A stretch of 64,000 bases of DNA from Botryllus schlosseri. Its lineage: Eukaryota. Made by a program: the position numbers and the translations under genes. Position 1 is the first letter of the stretch; each line of letters opens with the position of its first letter. Below are positions 25,801 to 38,293 of the stretch, one piece after another. Where the stretch lies: assembly GCA_051294905.1 (NCBI GenBank), contig CM119371.1, positions 15,254,001 to 15,318,000 on the forward strand, written 5' to 3'. Under the pieces are notes generated by a model. That model was not told the origin of the DNA. It made no database searches and saw only the letters and a program-made list of their open reading frames with translations.

Positions 25801-27145
25801 GAAGTGTGCAGCTAACTCTTGAAAAGAGGCACCCGAAAATTCTACGAGTTCAATGAATATTCTTTTATGATGGATGTTGTATTGAAAGCCATGATATAGG
25901 CCTAGCACCACTTTGATAAGCAAAGATAACAGCAGAAAGAGAAACCAAGGTATAATTTGTTCTTGATTACCAAAAGCATAGCAGCGCGATCAATTTACAA
26001 CACAAAGATCTTGCCATTTTACGTTCAAAGAAGAACATGATCTCGAGTCATTATCATATCAGATTTCACAAATTAAAATGTTCTATGTGCAATCAGTTAT
26101 GTATTTATAAAATTCACGAATTAGCTCGGTTGTTGGAATAACAACTGCCCACCTTGCTGATCTTCTGGTACTCGGTCCTGCCAAATCCTGTTGTTTTCTT
26201 ACCGCCACGGCAAAGGGACTGCGTGTTCTCTTTTTGCTGTTTGTTGATTACAGATTAAAATCAAACCAACCAGAAACGTTAAGGAAAATAAACTCCTCAC
26301 TAGTACTCAAACGCAACGTTGGATGGCGCTGGATGATGAATACAATCATTCGAGTAATCGAATCAGAATCGAGAAATAATGCTAAAGATTGAAGCCGAGT
26401 AGAGAGAGATGATTTCAACGAGGGGAAATTTAGGCTCCAATCTCGGTCAATGGGTGTACGAGTTAAAAAAGGTTGGTAACCACTGGGTTTGAATATATTT
26501 TACAAAATGGCAGTTTTATTCCTAAATTGAAAGCTATGGATTACATTGTTAACATATGATGCTGACTAGAAATGTTTATATGAGGCTTGGTATACGATAG
26601 CTACAGGTTTCATGATGACATGATACATTTGTCTCTCTGCTTTGCGTCTATATCTTATCATGTAGACAAATTATGTTTACTCTTTACCATGTACAACACA
26701 TGTATTCTAATACTCCTCAATGAGATTTTTCTCGTGCCAGGCATGAATTGCTACTATAGGAAATCACATTCAAACTATGTGTGTGAAATGTGAATATGCA
26801 AGGATCAAGAATTCCATCCCGGTTTGTTCCAAACTTTGCACAAGTAGAATATGCCATTGTTGGGGTAGATTTTATTTAGGCGTCAAATATAACCAATACG
26901 AACTCAAGCAAAAATTTTTCAAAAACTCTTTCACCTGGGAAATTTCTTTTTTGGTTGGACCACACTTCCTGGTAGTCGGTTACCCATAGAATACGAGTGG
27001 TCACTTGACACCCCACTGCAGGTGGATGAAATCTCGTCACCTGAAAAAGACGCGCATGTTCTATCCATCCGCCCAAGATCAGAGAAGATAGAGCAACGTC
27101 AAGTCATACATACCTTCCCCCTCGCTTTCCTTGGGTTCCTGGACC
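22890..27145 (-). CDS. Unit A of the tandem exon-cassette gene (exons E1-E6), low-complexity basic repeat protein of unknown family
   Basis: GT-AG exons E1 27114-27145, E2 26935-27040, E3 26153-26236, E4 25191-25297, E5 24135-24278, E6 22890-23298. Phases 2/1/2/2/1/1/2 join without stops: VQEPKESEGEGDEISSTCSGVSSDHSYSMGNRLPG..KKKFPSKKRTRSPFAVAVRKQQDLAGPSTRRSARCEETVRS..LLDS..NSSNRIPGLPPRGSS..GKRPVSPS..PEYGYEVANSTADHRSREPTTRPAGKARSKSTPKAKLTSKST...SSR. Start codon not established. Confidence 0.75.
22891..23240. repeat. Coding minisatellite of 30-bp and 12-bp units inside exon E6 of unit A
   Basis: Plus-strand unit ~GACGTCAACTTGGCCTTGGRCGTCGACTTT, about 11 copies; minus strand reads KSTPKAKLTS / KSTSKAKLTS. 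Confidence 0.95.
23500..23725 (+). pseudogene. Decayed hAT transposase C-terminal dimerisation-domain fragment, intronic and antisense to the array gene
   Basis: Translation NEVERYFS..CDVLSYWN..RATSPPSERVF matches the hAT C-terminal E..RY / D.L.YW / ATS..SERVFS motifs. Homologous remnants at ~110-210, ~5100-5325, ~19215-19385, and partial ones at ~7990-8040 and ~12830-12880. Confidence 0.8.
24344..24723. mobile_element. Probable PIF/Harbinger-type MITE, unit A only
   Basis: Inserted into gtcactaa|gagtg, which is empty in other units; TAA duplication; degenerate TIR agactgggtcaca / cgtgactgatgct. Confidence 0.6.
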
Positions 27146-27949
27146 CTGTTTGTAAATAGGCCGGTTAAAATCGAACTAATGAAAATGTAAAGACGCCTCA
27201 CTGGTACTCAAAATTACTAATGGACAGTGCTGGATGATGGTTACAATGATACAAGCAATCCAACCTGAATCGAGTAATGACTCTAATTATTCGAGTCAAG
27301 TATTACGATATGATTATTTCAAGTACGGTACTCAAACTATATGCTCATTGCCAGAATGAGTTATTTGTACACAAGCATTGTCAAGCTAGATTGGTCGTAA
27401 TGAAGCATATGAAACTCACTAACAACAGAGATATCTTTGAAGTCTCGACTGACTCAGTATTTTCATCAAGTGCAATTGAAGAGGCATGTTCAAGAGAATC
27501 ACAGTTTCAATACTATTTTTGCCGTAGATGCCTTGTATTACAAAAATACAAAACTTGGTAGAAATGAGATATCTGTTGTTATCGATCCAACGAATTTTCA
27601 CAAGTTTAACGAAAAAAAGACACAAAGTACGGTAATCTTTAATGTATTTTTATTTTATTTATACAACCATAAAGTCAATTAAAGAGACTGAAACAAAAGT
27701 CACGCATCACAAATCGCTGTGCGAACAAGTGCCAATTCTAGATGCTATACTCGCTGGATCTGAAAACAGACTTCCGCTTATAATTCTATCACATGAAGTA
27801 GAACATAATGCTGGTTATCTACTTCAAATCTAATTTGTGACATTTCCCTATACTCATATTCCTTCCAGGAGCAGTGCATGATGTGCATGTGCCGCTGGAC
27901 AAGGAAGATGGATATTTAGCTTTGTATTAGGCTTTCTAAATCTCGCATC

Positions 27950-28098
27950 GCCCTTCCAAGCTATGCCGGTAATGCTGAGCGACAAGCGGGGCAGTCATCG
28001 ATACAACTGTTAATAATCAAGCCTTTAGTCTAACCCGGGCGGGGATGGAGCCCGCCGACCTGCGATCAAGAAGCCGGACGCTCCGCCATGATGCTATC
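27950..28098 (-). mobile_element. Degenerate tRNA-derived SINE
   Basis: Head gatagcatcatggcggagcgtccggcttct...gggctccatccccgcccggg is similar to the 38.2-kb SINE, followed by tgccccgcttgtcgctcagcatta; 3' boundary approximate. Confidence 0.65.
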
Positions 28099-30885
28099 AA
28101 GAACATCACAGCAAATATCAAATGACAAGTGCTTTCTAGTTGGTCGAAAACCCAAATTCTTTTTCAAATGTGCAACTAGAAATAGAGCTACTCACTTTTG
28201 AAAATCCATATCCAAAGTATTCACTTTTTGAAATCTGAAGTTCGAGCTATAATCGCTGAATTCGAGAAGCAGACGTGACTCGCGTTCGTGAGTTAAAATT
28301 TCTGCGACGCCGCGCTTTTTCAAGCCTATTTATATACGAAGGCTCCTAGAGCGACACCTACTGGAATTTGTTGAAGTTTGGTGCATTTTTGTGATTTAAA
28401 TTCACTTTAAAATGTGCATAATTTTCATATCACAGCAAACAACATATTCATACACCCTATTTTATTCCACTCAATGCATTTCGAATGACTTTCATCAGGA
28501 CCAAACGTTAGTAATCAACTATTCAACTTCGAAATATCCGAATTGTGTTGCGCTTGTGACGTAACAAAGACCGACACAGTTTCTCGAGCGGCAATAACAA
28601 TTCACACTTCCGGTATGCAGGATGTCTTACATCCGCTCTACCTGTGGATGTGGTATAACGTTGAGTTAGACACACTTGACTACGAAATAGCCGAATAAGC
28701 ACACAACACGAATAAAATATTACCGTGTTGCAGTTTAATAATGGTGGATTCGATAATCTTTAAAGCTAGGGCTGCAGTTCAAACGCATTGTGCTGTACTG
28801 ATTACGTAAGTGTAAATTATATTCCGCTCATGTCCCCGGAATCGCTCAATCAGCCAGATATCGGTCCGCAACGGGATTTTGAGCGGCTCGCAGACGATTT
28901 CCGGTTTTACATGATACTGTGGCACGCGGGTCTACTACTCTACATACATTTGCGAGCATACATTTCCGGCCATGAACATTAACAAGATAAATCTGCGGTA
29001 CAATCTAATTTATGTTCACGTGCAGGATTTACCACGTCCTACACGCAGGCAAAGCTCAAAGAACTATAGTTGAAAACTTTGATCGACCACAGATGTCTCA
29101 TCGACTTCAACAACTATCAAAGTATAGGCTACATAACGTTAATAAATTCATTTACGATTTATTCCTTGTATAGGTGGCATTGCCGAAGCCAGGAGGGGCC
29201 AAAAGGGCCATGGGCTCTCCACAATTTTTCGGACTTTTTCGTAAATTAATATAACGCGAAAGATGTTTTAGCAGATGTATTCAACTTGAAATTTTTCCAC
29301 GCGCTTTGCGCGATATATAATTTGTATAGTTATTTGATTGTTTACTACTCGTCTCTCGATAAATCAAAATAAATAATAGGCCTAAATAAACATACGCCTG
29401 ATGTACAGAATTGAATGTGACTGTGTGCTGCCTGCGTTTGCGGAACTATTAGGCACCAGATTTTCGGCGCCAAAAAGACACCTAATGCAGATAGGTTTAG
29501 CTAACACGAAGTGCGATCCCAGAAAGATCGCCGGCGATAGAACCTTATTGGTCGAAGATCGCGCATACGGCCCAGTCTTTGCAACCTGAGTCCCAAGCGT
29601 ACCAATGCGACGAGCTGAGGCAATAAATATTGCGCCCGTGAATAAATGCAAATTTAGAATCGTGCGAATCCCACCATGGACATTTCTCTTTTACTAGGTT
29701 GCGGTACGTGTGAGCGATCCTTTAAGTGGCGACAACTTTCTCCGGAGCCGACCGGAGGTCACTAAATAACGGCATGCTTCAACCAAATAAGTACAAGTGG
29801 CCCGCCGATACGCTCACGTTCCCGACACTCGTGAATAGTCTTATCGTGTGGTATGAACATATAGCTCAATAGGAATCATTGCGTGCCTTCTAAATGTTTG
29901 AAGACACCGCCTTTATCAGCTCCACCAGTAAATCTTATATTGATAAGGTATATATGCAGGACCAACAGAGTCGCACTCAAAACCCCCAATAGGGGGAGGG
30001 GGCTTGAATGGAGGTCCGAAATTACGTTCATACCATCCCTAGAAAATATCTTAGTTACACCGGGGCCTACGATATTCGGTATCGTTTCGTATCGTAGGCC
30101 CCGGTTACGCAAATAAATCATTGAAATATCTATGGTCGCACTGCTGTGTCACTTCTGACCCAACAGGTCCCCGGACTTGAAAGAAACTCTACTCGTAATT
30201 TATTGATAATAAACTAAATTCCAACGTCCAGGTTTACAATTGAACATCTCATTAGATCACTCACAGCGCATACACAGGGATAACGCCAGATTACGACTAA
30301 AGCAAGTGTCAAGTTTTATCGTCGTTAGCGCCAACGTTTGATCGGCTCTTTGCCGTATTCAATCGGAAACCATCGTATTTTTGCCAATTCCATTATTCAC
30401 GACTTGCTAAAATTAAACCCATATACAGAGGTGGTCAGTAACGAAATACTTCTACTTTTTCGAAGTACTCAAGTAGTTTTCCTCTACTTCTGACACTTAC
30501 TCAAGTAGATCTGATTTTTCTACTTCTACTTCTACTTCGTGATATTTTGTGATCTACTTACTTACTTTTCGCTATTTTCAGTTTGTCAAGTAGAAGTAGT
30601 TTAATCCCCCAATACGAAAGATAGCCTGGGGAATTTAGGGGTTGTTTTCACGGAATACCAACATTTAATATTCATAGGTCAAGTAAAGCCCAGACACTTT
30701 GTTGCGCTTCGGCCTAGTAATGGAGTGACAAGTAGGTTTTCATGAAAATATCAGTGAATATAATTTGGGCACCGGATTTCTTGGTTCCTCTCACAACGCA
30801 TTGTCGCCCATATCAAATATTTCGTCACAATAAACATGGCCCACCATAACGTTTGAAACTACCGATTCGCAATCTAGCAGTTACC

Positions 30886-31344
30886 TAGGCTTACCATACG
30901 TCCTCTTTTAAGAGGATTTGTCCTCTTTTTTGACTTTTTTGAAAGTGTCCTCGGAGGACGCCCTTTTGTCCTCTTTTTTGAGATTTTATCCTCTTTTTTG
31001 CAAATTTAGGTCAGATTTAGAGGAAATTGCGAGTGATATGCCGCAAATTAGCGCATTTAGCGCATAAGTGAAGCTCCGGCGGGTATTTTGGAGGGAAAAG
31101 TGGTGATTTCAACTCTGAGCGAAAAGAAGACCTTTTTTTTTTTAGTCATCCACCTAGCAATGTGGAGTGAAAAACGTGTTTTTGAGCTCTGAGCGAAAAG
31201 AAGACCTTTTTTTTTTTTTTTTTATTCAACCGATCATGAAGCGGGTGAAATTTACCTGTTTTTGAGAATTCTTCTCCAGTTTTGCTTGTCTCAAATTTCT
31301 GAAAAAGTGTCCTCTTTTTTCATTTCCGAAATATGGTAAGCCTA
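30886..31344. mobile_element. hAT MITE (TAGGCTTACCATA termini)
   Basis: TIR taggcttaccata...tatggtaagccta, exact TSD cagttacc, tcctcttttt repeats; inverted copy at 48555-48968. Confidence 0.92.
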
Positions 31345-33124
31345 CAGTTACCGGTCATATCGTAATCTATGCGTGTCTTGCTAATCTGGAAAATCCAGCT
31401 TTTTTGAACGTTACACCTGTTTTACTAAATCACCTTTAAAGCTTTATGGACAAAAGACATGAAATATATTTTTCGCTCTTTAGAAGTGGTATTTGTATTT
31501 CAGTTTCAATTGCGAGCATTATACCTTGAGTTCTAATTACTTTCAATTCTTTTGTCTGCAGAACATACATGTTGAAGCATAAAAGCAAGTGGACTAAAGC
31601 CTCTATTTTCCCAAAATAAAGCTCCACTAAATATAACTTTTACGATCCACAATATTTGTTATTAACGTTTACTAATCGCGCAAAGTGATGACACCATATC
31701 CAATACAACTTCTACGAATTGTTCTTGGCCTAAACTTGAGGCCTTATAATATGGGGTAGGGTTACATGTCATGATATTCTCTAAAAACGGGATCTTCTAG
31801 TAAACAAAGGGTTAGTATCGCATTTTCATATCAATACTATAATTTGCATCCAATGATGCAAAACAACGCTTATTCTTTCGAAAATTGATACCTCCAGGTA
31901 TGCATCAATACGAATCAAGCTCTCTGAACCTGCAGCGTAGCTCAATTCGCATCTTTTGACAGTCCATGCGAACGAATTAAGACTGCGTTTTAAAAACTAT
32001 ACCCATATGGAGATCAACATGGGAAAGGTCGTAACACAGACACGTTTTTAAATCAGATCGTGAGATCATGCGCCCTTACTTCAATACCTCGACGATTACG
32101 CAGGTTAGGCCGTGCTCAGTCAACACGGGACTTGCTTTTGAAAGTGATCTTCGTAACTATCTTTAAATAGTATATTCATATTGAAATGAACCCGAATATT
32201 TTCGGCTGACACTCGTCAGGGGTAATCGTCAGCAACTAGTAGAGAATTGGAAAGAACATTGTATATCAACAATCGTATCACAAAGTATGACGTCACCAGC
32301 ATGAAATTTCGAACTATCTTTAATTTGACATATAAATACATTTTTGTTCATCTGTCATTATGGACGGAACCGGGAAAATAATTATTAATTCTACACTCAA
32401 ACAATTAAATAACACAATTACATAGTTATAGTTTTCGGGTTACGAATATTCGAAAAAAAAATACCGGATACTTTGTCCCATAATTGCGATCGTACCGAAT
32501 TCGTAGGATAACTTCATACTTTACACTTTCCCCCTTACTACGCACTGGACTCATATCAAATGGAGATAATAGCCTCGCGCCTCGAGTTTTTATATGTTGC
32601 AATAGTATTAAACTCATTTTGGCACAGCTATGTTAGCTATAAAATCGATGTTTAGGTAATTGCTAGAGTCTAGGATGTTAGGAATGTGACTGCTACTGAC
32701 TTTGTTAATCAAGGCGCCGTGAGAGTGACTTGCTCTGGTGTCATATTCGATGGATTACTGGAAACATCGCACTCATTCACAATCAAGGATGGGCTCTGGT
32801 GTCACGCGAATTGCTTCTCGCTATTTATTCTCGCAATCCAATAGATAATACAGCATCCAGTTGTTGGTTTTAGTTGGTTACGATTGTATTTTAATTATAA
32901 AAACGTTGGAAACTGTTTCGCATGGGGTTCGTATCACGTGCGCTGAAGTTATATCGTCTAGCAGACCTTTCTACTTTCATTCATAAAGTTATTTGTTTCT
33001 CTTGGGGCCTTCGATAACTTAGGTATAACGTAAGGTGTCGTAGGCCTCAGTTCTTGTGCTTTCATTTCCACTCTTACTACGCAGGAGATGTAGCCTATAC
33101 CATATTGACGTAAAATCTTCGCGC

Positions 33125-33649
33125 CCCGGGTTTTACATTACTGATCCGGCTTCGACACAGCTCCGGCCGTATCAGAAAAAGTTGCAATCCGGCTCCGTTC
33201 CGGTCCGGCCAAAATTGAAAAAATCCGACCAGATATCCAATCTGGTTCCGGTCCATGCTCCGGGCTAATACACGGTGTATAAGCGGGTCGCTATAATAGC
33301 CACTATCTATGGCGGCACGTTCAAATGTCGAATAGAGACTTGCGAAATAAAGATCCGCTAATGGGCCTCGAGTTTTGGGTTGAAGACATGAGCGGATTCC
33401 CAAATTTTGGGATCCGAATCTATCCGGATCTGGCTGGCAATGTGAGATTCGGAGTCCGGCTGGTGAAGGTCCAGTTCGGAATCTGAAAAAATCCTGCCAG
33501 AACAATGCTAATTAACCGTAATGCAGCAAAAAATCCGGTTAAAATCCGACAGTCACCGCATTTCAAAATCCGGATCGTGTCCGGCCAGGTAAAAATCAAT
33601 GAAATCCTGCTCCGGCTCCGGCTCCTGAACCGGACTGTGCCCATCTCTG
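33125..33649. mobile_element. MITE remnant with (A)TCCGG subterminal repeats
   Basis: Dense atccgg/ccggat motifs ending in hAT-like gtgcccatctctg; left terminus eroded. Confidence 0.65.
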
Positions 33650-33831
33650 CCTATTGCATACAATCCACTAACCCAGATATTGGGAGCTGCCGTTACGAGT
33701 AAAGGCAAAGGACAGCTCAGTTCTGATTCATATCAGCTAGCATTGGTTGATGCTTGAAGCATCGATATGGAAATCGTCATTTTTAATTTGACGTGTACAA
33801 AATTTCAAATCTTTATCAGATGTAGGGGAGA

Positions 33832-34990
33832 TGTGGTGCCGATAGATCTCTGGGACCGAAAATACTTGAAAAATTATCCATGAAATTCCATGATTACACT
33901 CCCTGAATTTGTCTACAATTACATGCTGACAGAATCTTTCGTCACATGCAAAAAGAAAATCGACCTGCGTGAGTTATGGGGTCTGTGATGAATGATTTAC
34001 GTTTTAGTGGGTGTAGCCTAAAGTAAATTTGGATCGACATTTGCATTTTTCTATATCACCTTTCAGACTAACAAATCCGCCATAATTTTTGATGTGAAGT
34101 ATAGGGCTTGTATCAGGGTATATAATGGCACATATTTTTTGAATCAATACCATCCTCAAGTGGACTATTTTCAAGTCAATTACAATATTTATGGGGTGGG
34201 GGACCTATGCATGGTACCATAGCCAAATCAAGCAAAATAGATGGACCAACTAATCACTTAACAACAGAAACTCGCCTACATATATATAGGCTGGCCCGAG
34301 TCATCGCTAGGTATCGTGTAGATTAATATAGGCTATCACTTCATTAAAAGATAGGGCTGGAATTAGCAATATTACGTCACCAGACGTCATGAGGTTCACG
34401 TTCACGTTCAACCAGAACCTTTCAAAAAGGCTCGCGTTCACACGAACCTGAGCATTTCAGAGGTTCACACCATCCCTAATAGGCTGTAAATCATAGTTTC
34501 CTGTGGTGTGTTATCGCTATTACGAGGTATTTGACAGTCAAAATGTCGATTTGCGGGTAATATGTATGTGGCAATAATTTTGTAAGTTTAGGTGTATATC
34601 AAAACATGGTTTTATGCCAACATTTGAGTTGATATAATTTATTTTATTCTTGAAGGTCGCGACGAAACATTCTTCATTGGCTTTCTGTAGCTTAGCTTAT
34701 AGTACATAACAAAACAGGTTAACAAAATTGAGTTTTTGAGCGTATTTCTCATAGGTCCCATGGTCACGGGCCTTTGGACCCACCGGGTGGGGACCGATGA
34801 CACGTTCGAGCAACAATTTTTAAACGTTTATAAATATTTTTTGAAAAGGCGGATATTCATATAAATGTCCGCGATCAAAGCTTGTATCGAAGTGTTGAGA
34901 CACCAAAAGATCCGCTATTCTCGGCTGAAGATTTGAGGGCCCGAAATCATTTTGCAATTTTTGATCCATCGGTACCACATCTCCTCTACA
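33832..34990. mobile_element. TIR element with a nested MITE fragment
   Basis: TIR tgtaggggagatgtggtgccgat / atcggtaccacatctcctctaca (21/23 match). Confidence 0.75.
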
Positions 34991-35381
34991 TTGTACATAC
35001 ATCTCGCCTAGCAGTAAAGTTCAAACCCCATTTAACTATAAACATAAAAAGATATCAATAATTACGCTTATTTGAAAGTAGGCAATGAGTTGATTATTAT
35101 CATCCACCGGCGGGGAGCTGACTCGTGATAACCTGACATATGGCTTGGCGATGGTCCTTCAATCATACTATACAACTATAGTTAACTTACCTACGTAGGT
35201 TAGTTAGCTATACTAGGCTACAACACACGCCGCTACTATCCACTGCGTGATAATAAGTAGTGGAATTTGAAATTTCGACGATTCTGCTATCAATAACCCG
35301 ATATGATATCGCACTATTTCTTTGTTCACGAATGTTCAGTTTATGTCATTCCACAAAAGAGAAAAAGTCATCTTTCTTTTG

Positions 35382-35990
35382 GAGAGAGAGAGAGAGAGAG
35401 AGAGTCTTTATTTTCATCCAACCAAAATACATAACAAACGGCAGTGATGGTGGTACAGAAAATATGCATACACAGTATTCGGTAGATAGGAATGATCGAT
35501 AAGACCGTGAAGGTCATCTACAGTCTGATCACACCAGCATCAAACAGGCGCACCTTGACTCTGAACAGTCTGGCTGTAAAAAATGTTTAGTTAAAAAGGA
35601 AAATAGAAGAAAAATTAAACGATGGTAGCAAATGATCAATGAAGCAATGTCTGGGCGAGGTAGGGCAACAATGTTAGTAGTATAACGACAGGCGGTGATC
35701 AAGTAGGTCTTTTTTGAATCTATTATATGGCAATTCACGGATATGTGGTGGTGATGCATTCTAGATGATAGGTCCCGAGTAGTCGATAGATCTCTTATTT
35801 AGGTTGCTATTGGGTGGGGGTAAGTAGATATTTCCCTTTGACGAGGATCTCGTGTAATGGGAATGGACATTTTTAGCAGGTATGAAAAAGTCATCAAACA
35901 CAGGAGGCAGACCATTGGAAAAATATTTGTGAACAACTTTTGATACTTCGAAGCGATATATCATCAACTCGCAGAATTCGATGCTCACGG
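35382..35990 (-). mobile_element. 3' end of a CR1/L2-group LINE
   Basis: LPPVFDDFF..NVHSHYTRSS..IYLP..NKRSIDYSGPII*NASP matches the post-RT C-terminal H.Y.TR...SI.Y.G..WN.LP motif (W mutated to stop); 3' UTR ends aataaa followed by (CT)n. Confidence 0.8.
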
Positions 35991-36555
35991 TAGTAACAGT
36001 AAGGCGATAAATTGGTACCTAAAGGTACAGATGAGACCATCCGTATCGCGAAGTAATCGATTCAGTGTTGGGATAAAGTCGATCACTACCTTCAGGTCAC
36101 AATTAAGTCATCTCGAATTATTGCACATTTTGACTCGAGTCAAGTTGAGTCACTCGATTTTTGGAAATGACTCGAGTTAAGTCGAGTCAAGTCAAGTCAA
36201 GTTACAATTCAATTCAAATTGTCTTTTCGAAATACGAGGTATGATTAAGTCATTGCATTCGCCATACAGGATAGAATATAGAATTAAATGGACATGCAAG
36301 AATGCGTTGTATAGCTCACGCATTCATAGAATTGCTAAACAACGTAAGTCAGCTGTGTATACTGTGTAAGGTGGGCCGGAAAATTGCCCTTTTTAAAAAA
36401 AAGTAAAGTAACACAAAATGTAGGCCAACATTTTTGGAGTCGGGTAGGCTATTTATCAGTTTTTCCGGATTTTACTCCAGTATCATAGGACTGAATATTT
36501 TGAAAAAGTTTGCTCTTTTCAGATTTCCAAAGGGTAACCCTAATAGGCCTTTAAC

Positions 36556-37075
36556 TAGGGCTGGGCAAAATCGAGTACCCAAGTGATTCGATTCTGAATC
36601 ACGTATTTTGCTTCGAGTCGAGTCGAGTATTCGAGTATCACTCAGTATGACGTCATAACATAATATACTATGTCGACGTTTAAATTATATGTACCTTTTA
36701 TGACACAACAAGAATATAATGTCTGTTATCCATCACTTTAAAGATACTTTGGTAATTTTTCGACCATACCGTTTTCATTGAACTTTGTGACAAATGTTGT
36801 GGGATGATCAGTACTTCGGAAATGTGTTATTTCCAACAACATTCCTAGCTTTGTACTATATGTTTCGCATGTTGGGACACGACTAATCAAGGTTTCAAGG
36901 CTTCTACAGTGGAAAATATTATGAAAACTATAATCCTCGTTGATAAATTAACTGTCAGTGACAAGATACGTATAATTTCAGTACTCGAAAAAATTGTCTT
37001 TTATTACTCGACTCGAATCATCAAAATTAGTACTCGATTCAGATTCGAGTACTCGAATCATTGTGCCCAGCCCTA
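36556..37075. mobile_element. hAT MITE with TCGAGT/TCGAAT repeats
   Basis: TIR tagggctgggca...tgcccagcccta; TSD cctttaac/cctataac. Confidence 0.88.
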
Positions 37076-38142
37076 CCTATAACCATTGGTGTACTGCAGA
37101 TGAATCTTGCAACAGCCAGAAGCTCGATACCAGAACATCAGATACTACCTTGCCACACCAATTCTACTATGATAATCTGTAGGAACAGTCATACAGAAGT
37201 GGAAATGTGAATCTCAGGGTTCGGTCATTTCCGTGATTCTACCACCCAATATTGATCGACTTTTTGTGTGTCGACCTTCAATGGTAACTTTAAGAACTCG
37301 CCCATGACTGGATCCTCATCCCATGATCAATTTTCCCTTCTAATTTTTGACGAGCTCGCGCAGGGCGCACACTCACCAACTCACTGCGCAGACCCTTGGA
37401 CAAAAGTGCGTAACGACTAAAAAAGAGTCATCATTTCGGATTATTTGTGCGCAACTTCGATGTTGTGCGCCGAGACCGTGTCAGTATAGAATGTAAACGT
37501 TTACATTCTATAGTGTCAGCACTGCGCATTTGCTCACCTGCGCAGCTTAGAGGGAACATTGCCCCTGACTTTGAGCAATCAGCACGGTCCCTTACATTTT
37601 GTCGTTGGGTGTGAACAATTCATTTTAATCTGGTACAGAACAGAAGAATGCCATTAGCTTTGACGCCATACAATGTTGTGTCCTCGTCTTGCTACACTAT
37701 CACCGGCCCATTTAACCAATATATTTTAGCCAGCTCGCGGTTTCACACCTTCGCGAATGCCCAGCCCATTATGCACGTTGAACAACAGCACCTTGGTAAA
37801 AGAGAGGCTCTCCTCGAAAACAGACCCTGAATTTCCCGATCTCCCAACCTACTATTGCTCGACCTGTTTTCAATTTATTTGTGACCCGAGACACGACTAG
37901 AAAGACTTTTGTATTACATCAATGCAGCTGGCGGGATGATCCGCGGGAGTCTCCAAGGACCGTAACGCTGCAGCTCGTATTTTATTTTTGAATGGACTTT
38001 TACTAAATAAAACTGTCTCTTTCTCATTGGAAGTATTACTTCTACTTGACTCGATGTAGTGGGAGAGAGATATGATATTCTTTTTCGCCTGCACCATCGA
38101 GATGCTTTGACGACGGAGTTGCGATATGGCCGTGAGGTCATC

Positions 38143-38293
38143 TAGTCTGCGCCCCCGTTTTATTCTCCTCCATACTATGCGTGATTGCTGCGTATACCAA
38201 TTTTCGAGTCTTTGGTATGACCCGGCCGGGGATCGAACCCACGACCTTCCAATCGAGAAGCCGGACGCATAACCATCGCACTATCTCGCTCGG
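38143..38293 (-). mobile_element. tRNA-derived SINE (Pol III A/B boxes)
   Basis: A-box-like tagtgcgatgg and B-box ggttcgatccc followed by gggtcataccaaaagact...aaattggtat, which resembles from memory the MetaSINE central domain; no cloverleaf end or CCA. Confidence 0.75.

Noticed and set aside
27114..27145. Collagen-like GPGTQGKRG reading of E1
   Set aside because: That frame runs into TGA immediately after splicing to E2.
27421..27531. Candidate coding exon upstream of E1 (and paralogues 22142-22236, 4089-4182)
   Set aside because: Length and frame are not conserved and one copy lacks the acceptor; at most UTR or alternative, so excluded from the CDS.
38215..38293. tRNA gene
   Set aside because: A/B boxes present but no acceptor stem; continues into a SINE body.
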